Assembly (NCBI GenBank): GCA_035703635.1
Contig: DASSXV010000085.1
Span: 1-22,613 of the forward strand
Direction of reading: 5' to 3'
Source: Trueperaceae bacterium
GTDB taxonomy: Bacteria; Deinococcota; Deinococci; Deinococcales; Trueperaceae
DNA length: 22,613 nucleotides
A program made the position numbers and the translations under genes. Within the stretch, counting starts at the first letter, position 1. Each line of letters opens with the position of its first letter. This document shows, piece by piece, positions 18,060-22,613 of this stretch. The notes under the pieces are model-generated. The model saw only the letters and a list, made by a program, of their open reading frames with translations, had not been told where the DNA came from and searched no databases.

Positions 18060-19559
18060 GTGGAGCAGGCAGGGCGATTTCAGCGAAACCAGGAGCTGAG
18101 GCGTGACGGCAAGGTCGTCACTAGCCTTGGAGTCGATGTCGTTACCGGCCTGGCGGTGCTGATCTACGACTTCCCCGGCGAGCCGCTCCTCAAGCAAGGT
18201 TTCCAGGACGTGAACGGCTTGCCAGCCGTGCTCGCCTCCTGGGTACAGGACGACGAAGGCACCCTAGTGACGGCCTACCCAAGTGACGCCACCTTGGTTG
18301 CGCCAGGCGAGTCCGTCGTCGACGACCAGTTCGTACTACAGGCGCTGACCATCTTGCGTGACGCCGCCAAGCGCGGCCTGGCTCACGGCGACCTCGGCGC
18401 TGGCAGGTTCCTGTGGTCAGGCAGGCGCGTTTACCTCGAAGGCTACGGCGTTCCGTGGAAGCCTGGCCTACCGCGACCGGCAGCCGCCGCCGTGTCAACT
18501 GGCGCCGCTGCGGTCAACCCAGCCCTGGCCGCTGCGTTGACCGCTGACCTGCAGAGCGCAGTGAAGGCCCTGCTCACGCTTGGTGCTCAGGGCATCAGCT
18601 CCGAGGTAGCGGCCGCACTTAGAGGCGCGACGAGCGGGAAGAGCGGCGCTGACGCCGCTAGTCTCCAAGGCGTGGTGCGGCGCCTGGCTGGCGGGGCCGT
18701 CACCGTGCCGTCGGCTGGCTTCGTCGACATCGTCCTACCCGTCTCCAAAACGGGCGGAGCGGGCGGCAAGTCGAACCTGGACCTCGACGCGCTCGACTTC
18801 ACCCCAGTTGCGCCATCAGCGGCTCGAGGCTTGAGCCACGACCCGAACGAAGTCGTCGGCGACGCGGGGGCGGCGTCGCGTGGGTCCGCCCCGCGCACCG
18901 ACTTGCGCGTCGAGCAAGGCGAGACGCCGCCGCCGCGCGTCACGCCTCCTCGGCAGCAGCAGACGCCGGCGGAAGCCCTATCCGACCCCGACCCGATCAC
19001 GCTGCATAGCGATCCTGGCAGCGGCACCCTCAAGACGACTCCCGTCTCGGGCAGCACGGCGGACTCTGGCTTCGTCAAACACCTGCCGCCTGGCGCTACT
19101 TACCGCTCTGGCAGCCTCGATGAGACGATCCGTCCTGCGCCCATCCGCATCGACGACAGGCACGACGGGCAGGCACGGCGCAAGGCGTGGCGCGGGCCCG
19201 GGTTGCTCATCCTGCTGCTCCTCGTCGTTGCCCTTGGTAGTTTCCTGGCGCTGCGTGCGCAACGCAACTCCGACCTCGCGCAAGTTGGTGGCAGCTCCGT
19301 CAGGCACCTCGTTGACGTGCGCGTCAGCCCGAGCAACTTGCCGCCCGTCAGCCTGGTGGTCGACCGCAGTCCAGACGGCTCGAGTTACAGCCCGGGAACC
19401 ATCATCGGTTCGGTGCCGAGGCGCGTCAGCTTCGACGCCAACGGCACCTGGACCGTGCACGCGCAGTTCCAGGGCCGCTCCAGCGCGCAGGTCACGTTGC
19501 GGGTGCCGGACGACACGGTGATCACGCTCGCCTTCGAGGAGCAGCCCGCCGCACCGTGA
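18060..19559 (+). CDS. Hypothetical single-pass membrane protein with a degenerate protein-kinase-like N-terminal domain
   Basis: HGDL catalytic-loop remnant and EGYG in the DFG position, Pro/Ser/Thr-rich linker, RRK then a TM helix ([18 protein letters not shown]), and a ~90-aa beta-rich C-terminal domain. Start 18060 preferred because 18024 lies inside the promoter. Confidence 0.7.
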   Translation: MEQAGRFQRNQELRRDGKVVTSLGVDVVTGLAVLIYDFPGEPLLKQGFQDVNGLPAVLASWVQDDEGTLVTAYPSDATLVAPGESVVDDQFVLQALTILRDAAKRGLAHGDLGAGRFLWSGRRVYLEGYGVPWKPGLPRPAAAAVSTGAAAVNPALAAALTADLQSAVKALLTLGAQGISSEVAAALRGATSGKSGADAASLQGVVRRLAGGAVTVPSAGFVDIVLPVSKTGGAGGKSNLDLDALDFTPVAPSAARGLSHDPNEVVGDAGAASRGSAPRTDLRVEQGETPPPRVTPPRQQQTPAEALSDPDPITLHSDPGSGTLKTTPVSGSTADSGFVKHLPPGATYRSGSLDETIRPAPIRIDDRHDGQARRKAWRGPGLLILLLLVVALGSFLALRAQRNSDLAQVGGSSVRHLVDVRVSPSNLPPVSLVVDRSPDGSSYSPGTIIGSVPRRVSFDANGTWTVHAQFQGRSSAQVTLRVPDDTVITLAFEEQPAAP

Positions 19560-19593
19560 CCGCCATGGCCAGCCACAACTAGGGAGCAGACCA

Positions 19594-21126
19594 ATGCCAC
19601 AGAGCATCGTCGTAGTCGATTACGGCTCGCAGTACAGCCGCCTCATCACGCGCAGGCTGCGCGAGCTGCAGGTGCACTCCGTGATAGTGCCCGCCAACGC
19701 GACGGTGGAACGCATCGTCGCGCTCGACCCGGCTGCCGTGATCCTCTCAGGCGGCCCGAACAGCGTTAACGACGCTGGCGCGCCTACCCTCACCCCCGGT
19801 CTGCTCGACCTCGGGCTACCGGTGCTCGGGGTCTGTTACGGCATGCAGCTCCTCGCCAAGGAACTCGGGGGCGCGGTCGGCGGCGGCGGGAGCGGGGAGT
19901 ACGGCAAAGCCGCGCTGCGGAACTATTCTGGCGAGCTGTTCGCGGGTGTCGAGGGCGACTTCGTAGCGTGGATGAGCCACGGCGACGCCGTCGTACGCCT
20001 GCCTGCGGGCTTCACGGCCGTCGCTGAGAGCTCGAGCGGCGTGACGGCCGCCATGGAGGACCCGGAACGCCGGCTCTACGGGCTGCAGTTCCACCCAGAG
20101 GTCAACCACACCCCCAAGGGCATGGCTGTCCTGGAGCGCTTCATCACGCTCGCGGGAGCGCCCCGCGACTGGACGCCTGAGAGCATCGTCGAAGCCGCCG
20201 TTGCGAACGTGCGCGAGCGAGTAGGGAATGAGCGCGTGCTGCTCGGCATCTCTGGCGGCGTCGACTCGACCACCCTCGGCCTGCTGCTGCACCAAGCCAT
20301 CGGGGAGCAGCTCGTGGCGGTGTTCGTCGATCATGGGCTCCTGCGTCTCGGCGAGGCGGAAGAAGTGGAGCGCGCGTTGCGCGGCCTAGGTGTCAACGTT
20401 ACCGTCGTCGACGCATCCGAGCGCTTCGTCTCTGCCCTCGCCGGCGTTACGGACCCGGAAGCGAAGCGCAAGGTGATCGGGCGTGAGTTCATCGAGGTCT
20501 TCACCGCTGAGGCGCGCAGGCAGCAAGCGGGCGGCGCCATCCGCTTCCTCGCGCAGGGCACGCTCTACCCCGATGTCATCGAGTCGGCTGGCGTGCCGGG
20601 GGCGGCCAACATCAAGTCGCACCACAACGTCGGCGGGCTGCCTGCCGATCTGCAGTTCGAGCTAGTGGAGCCGTTCAGGGAGCTGTTCAAGGACGAGGTG
20701 CGCGAGATCGCGGAACGCCTCGGCCTCGCGCCGCACCTGCGCGACCGCCACCCGTTCCCTGGGCCGGGCTTGGCCGTGCGCATCATCGGTGAGGTCACCG
20801 AGGAGCGCCTCGACGTCCTCAGGCGCGTCGACGACGTGTTCATCTCGGCGCTGCGCGAGTTCGACCTCTATCACGACACTTGGCAGGCGCTAGCCGTCCT
20901 CACGCCGCTGCGCTCCGTTGGCGTGATGGGCGACGGCCGCACCTACGCCAACACCGTCGCGTTGCGCGCCGTTTCGAGCATCGACGGCATGACGGCCGAC
21001 TGGACGCGGCTGCCTCACGAGTTCCTCGCCACCGTTGCCAACCGCATCGTCAACGCCGTACCAGAGGTCAACCGCGTGGTCTACGACATAACGAGTAAGC
21101 CGCCGGCCACGATCGAGTGGGAGTGA
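19594..21126 (+). CDS. guaA: GMP synthase (glutamine-hydrolysing)
   Basis: [65 protein letters not shown]. Confidence 0.98.
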   Translation: MPQSIVVVDYGSQYSRLITRRLRELQVHSVIVPANATVERIVALDPAAVILSGGPNSVNDAGAPTLTPGLLDLGLPVLGVCYGMQLLAKELGGAVGGGGSGEYGKAALRNYSGELFAGVEGDFVAWMSHGDAVVRLPAGFTAVAESSSGVTAAMEDPERRLYGLQFHPEVNHTPKGMAVLERFITLAGAPRDWTPESIVEAAVANVRERVGNERVLLGISGGVDSTTLGLLLHQAIGEQLVAVFVDHGLLRLGEAEEVERALRGLGVNVTVVDASERFVSALAGVTDPEAKRKVIGREFIEVFTAEARRQQAGGAIRFLAQGTLYPDVIESAGVPGAANIKSHHNVGGLPADLQFELVEPFRELFKDEVREIAERLGLAPHLRDRHPFPGPGLAVRIIGEVTEERLDVLRRVDDVFISALREFDLYHDTWQALAVLTPLRSVGVMGDGRTYANTVALRAVSSIDGMTADWTRLPHEFLATVANRIVNAVPEVNRVVYDITSKPPATIEWE

Positions 21127-21142
21127 CCAGGTAGAGTCGGGC

Positions 21143-21604
21143 ATGGCAGGAAGCTGGTTGGTCAAGTCGGAACCCGACTGTTACTCCTTCGCGGAGCTCG
21201 TCAAGGACGGCCGTACCGCGTGGGAAGGGGTGCGCAACTATCAGGCGCGCAACTACATGCGAGATGACATGCGCTTAGGTGACCTCGTCCTCTACTATCA
21301 CTCGAGCACGGCCGTGCCAGCCGTGGTCGGCTTGGCGCGCGTCGCGTCGGACGCCTACCCGGACGCCACGCAGTTCGACCCGCAAGGCGAGTACTACGAC
21401 CCGAAGGCAACGCACGAGCAGCCGCGCTGGTTCCTCGTCGACCTCGAACCGGTGCGTGAGTTGGCGAGGCCAGTCACGCTAAGCGAGATGAAGACCGACC
21501 CGCACTTGACGGGCTTCCAACTCCTCGCACGCGGCAACCGCCTTAGCGTCATGCCGGTCGCCGCGGAGCACCTGGAACGAATCGCCCTGTTGGCAGAGAG
21601 CTGA
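21143..21604 (+). CDS. Standalone EVE-domain (PUA-like, Thy28-type) protein
   Basis: WLVKSEP, WEGVRNYQARN, GDLVLYYHS, AYPDATQFD, YYDPK, PRW, RLSVMPV. Confidence 0.93.
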   Translation: MAGSWLVKSEPDCYSFAELVKDGRTAWEGVRNYQARNYMRDDMRLGDLVLYYHSSTAVPAVVGLARVASDAYPDATQFDPQGEYYDPKATHEQPRWFLVDLEPVRELARPVTLSEMKTDPHLTGFQLLARGNRLSVMPVAAEHLERIALLAES

Positions 21605-21646
21605 ACGGCAACTAAACGGGGCCTTACTTCGTCTCGGTCGCGCCGG

Positions 21647-21655
21647 TGGTAGCAT
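21647..21655 (+). promoter_or_regulatory. Extended -10 of a leaderless hrcA transcript
   Basis: TGG-TAGCAT 7 nt before ATG 21663, no SD. Confidence 0.6.
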
Positions 21656-21662
21656 CGCTGCC

Positions 21663-22613
21663 ATGAACGAGCGCCGGGCACGCGTCCTGGAACTGGTCGC
21701 AGAAGCGTATATCGCTACTGCGCACCCCGTCGCGTCTGGGCACATCGCGGCGCAGCTCGAGGTGAGCCCAGCCACGGTGCGCTACGACTTCGGCTCCCTC
21801 GAAGGCGCGGGTCTCCTGCAACAACCGCATACGTCGGCCGGGCGCATCCCGACCACGCTCGGCTTCCGCACCTACGCTTCGAGCTTCCTGCCCCCGCGAC
21901 CGCTCGCCGCGCTGCAGCGCGCCCAGTTGGACCAACGCCTGAAGGGCGCAGAGGGCGACGACCTGTTCACCCTCGCCACGCGCCTGGCGGCCGAACTCTC
22001 CGGTTACGCCGTTACGGTGAGGCTGCCTGCTGACGACACCATGCACATCCTCGAGATCCACCTCTCGCAACTGAGTTCCAACCGCATGCTGGCCGTCGTG
22101 GTGCTCGAGAACGGCATCGTGAGGCAGTTGGGCGTCACCGTCGACCCCGCGCCAACGGAGGACGTGATAGACGACGCCGAGCGCAACCTGCGCCAGCTCT
22201 CCCAACCGCTTGGTGAGGTGCCCGCTGCCCTCCTCGAGATAGCCAAGCGCGCGGAGGCGGAGCTTGGCCGGACGCTGGTCGCGTTAGCGAAGGCCTGGAA
22301 TGACCTGCAGCCACCGCGCTTGTTCCGTGAGGGCATCAGCCAGCTACTAGCGGAGCCCGAGTGCGCCGACCCCGCTTTCGTGCGCTCCGCGCTCGAGCAG
22401 CTGGAACTCGACGCCCCCGCAGTTGACGACGGCAGTGGCCTCAGCCTCGAACTGGACGACCGCGTTGCTCGTGTGGGCGCCTCGTTCTCGCTCGGGCGCT
22501 CGACCGGCCAACTGACACTCGTTGGCCCTGCGCGCATGCGTTACCCGGCCGCGTTATCCGTGGCGCAGGGCCTCGCGCTAGCGCTGGAACGCCCCGACGG
22601 CCGCACCGCGGCC
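21663..22613 (+). CDS. hrcA: Heat-inducible transcription repressor HrcA (stop beyond the window)
   Basis: Manual translation: MNERRARVLELVAEAYIATAHPVAS...VSPATVRYDFGSLE..GLLQQPHTSAGRIPT...LLAEPE...VGPARMRY. Open to the window end; absent from the ORF track. Confidence 0.92.
   Translation, partial: MNERRARVLELVAEAYIATAHPVASGHIAAQLEVSPATVRYDFGSLEGAGLLQQPHTSAGRIPTTLGFRTYASSFLPPRPLAALQRAQLDQRLKGAEGDDLFTLATRLAAELSGYAVTVRLPADDTMHILEIHLSQLSSNRMLAVVVLENGIVRQLGVTVDPAPTEDVIDDAERNLRQLSQPLGEVPAALLEIAKRAEAELGRTLVALAKAWNDLQPPRLFREGISQLLAEPECADPAFVRSALEQLELDAPAVDDGSGLSLELDDRVARVGASFSLGRSTGQLTLVGPARMRYPAALSVAQGLALALERPDGRTAA

Noticed and set aside
1..22613. Mobile element, CRISPR array, tRNA/rRNA, prophage or defence system
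   Set aside because: No repeat-spacer array, transposase, integrase, nuclease or compositional island seen; nearly all sequence is explained by core genes.

Overview
GC-rich, gene-dense core chromosome. The protein variants and the many leaderless-type promoters suggest Deinococcota (Truepera-like); this is inference. Gene order: 3' end of recA, rny (RNase Y), prs-rplY(ctc)-pth (+); pstSCAB phosphate ABC transporter (-, no phoU); hutU-hutI (+) converging on hutH plus an arginase-family gene, probably hutG (-); valS behind a complete Val T-box (-); mrp/apbC (-); a membrane-anchored kinase-like protein, guaA, a standalone EVE protein and a 3'-truncated hrcA (+; missing from the ORF track). I found no mobile element, CRISPR array, rRNA, tRNA or defence island, and I cannot support a large novel multi-gene system. 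The best leads are regulatory or single-gene: (1) a receptor-like pseudokinase; (2) a Val T-box with a poor U-tract and an apparent anti-SD relay; (3) a possible leaderless 53-codon Cys/His-rich uORF coupled to prs; (4) an 'agmatinase'-type enzyme that context says is HutG; (5) an Mrp lacking its Fe-S CxxC.
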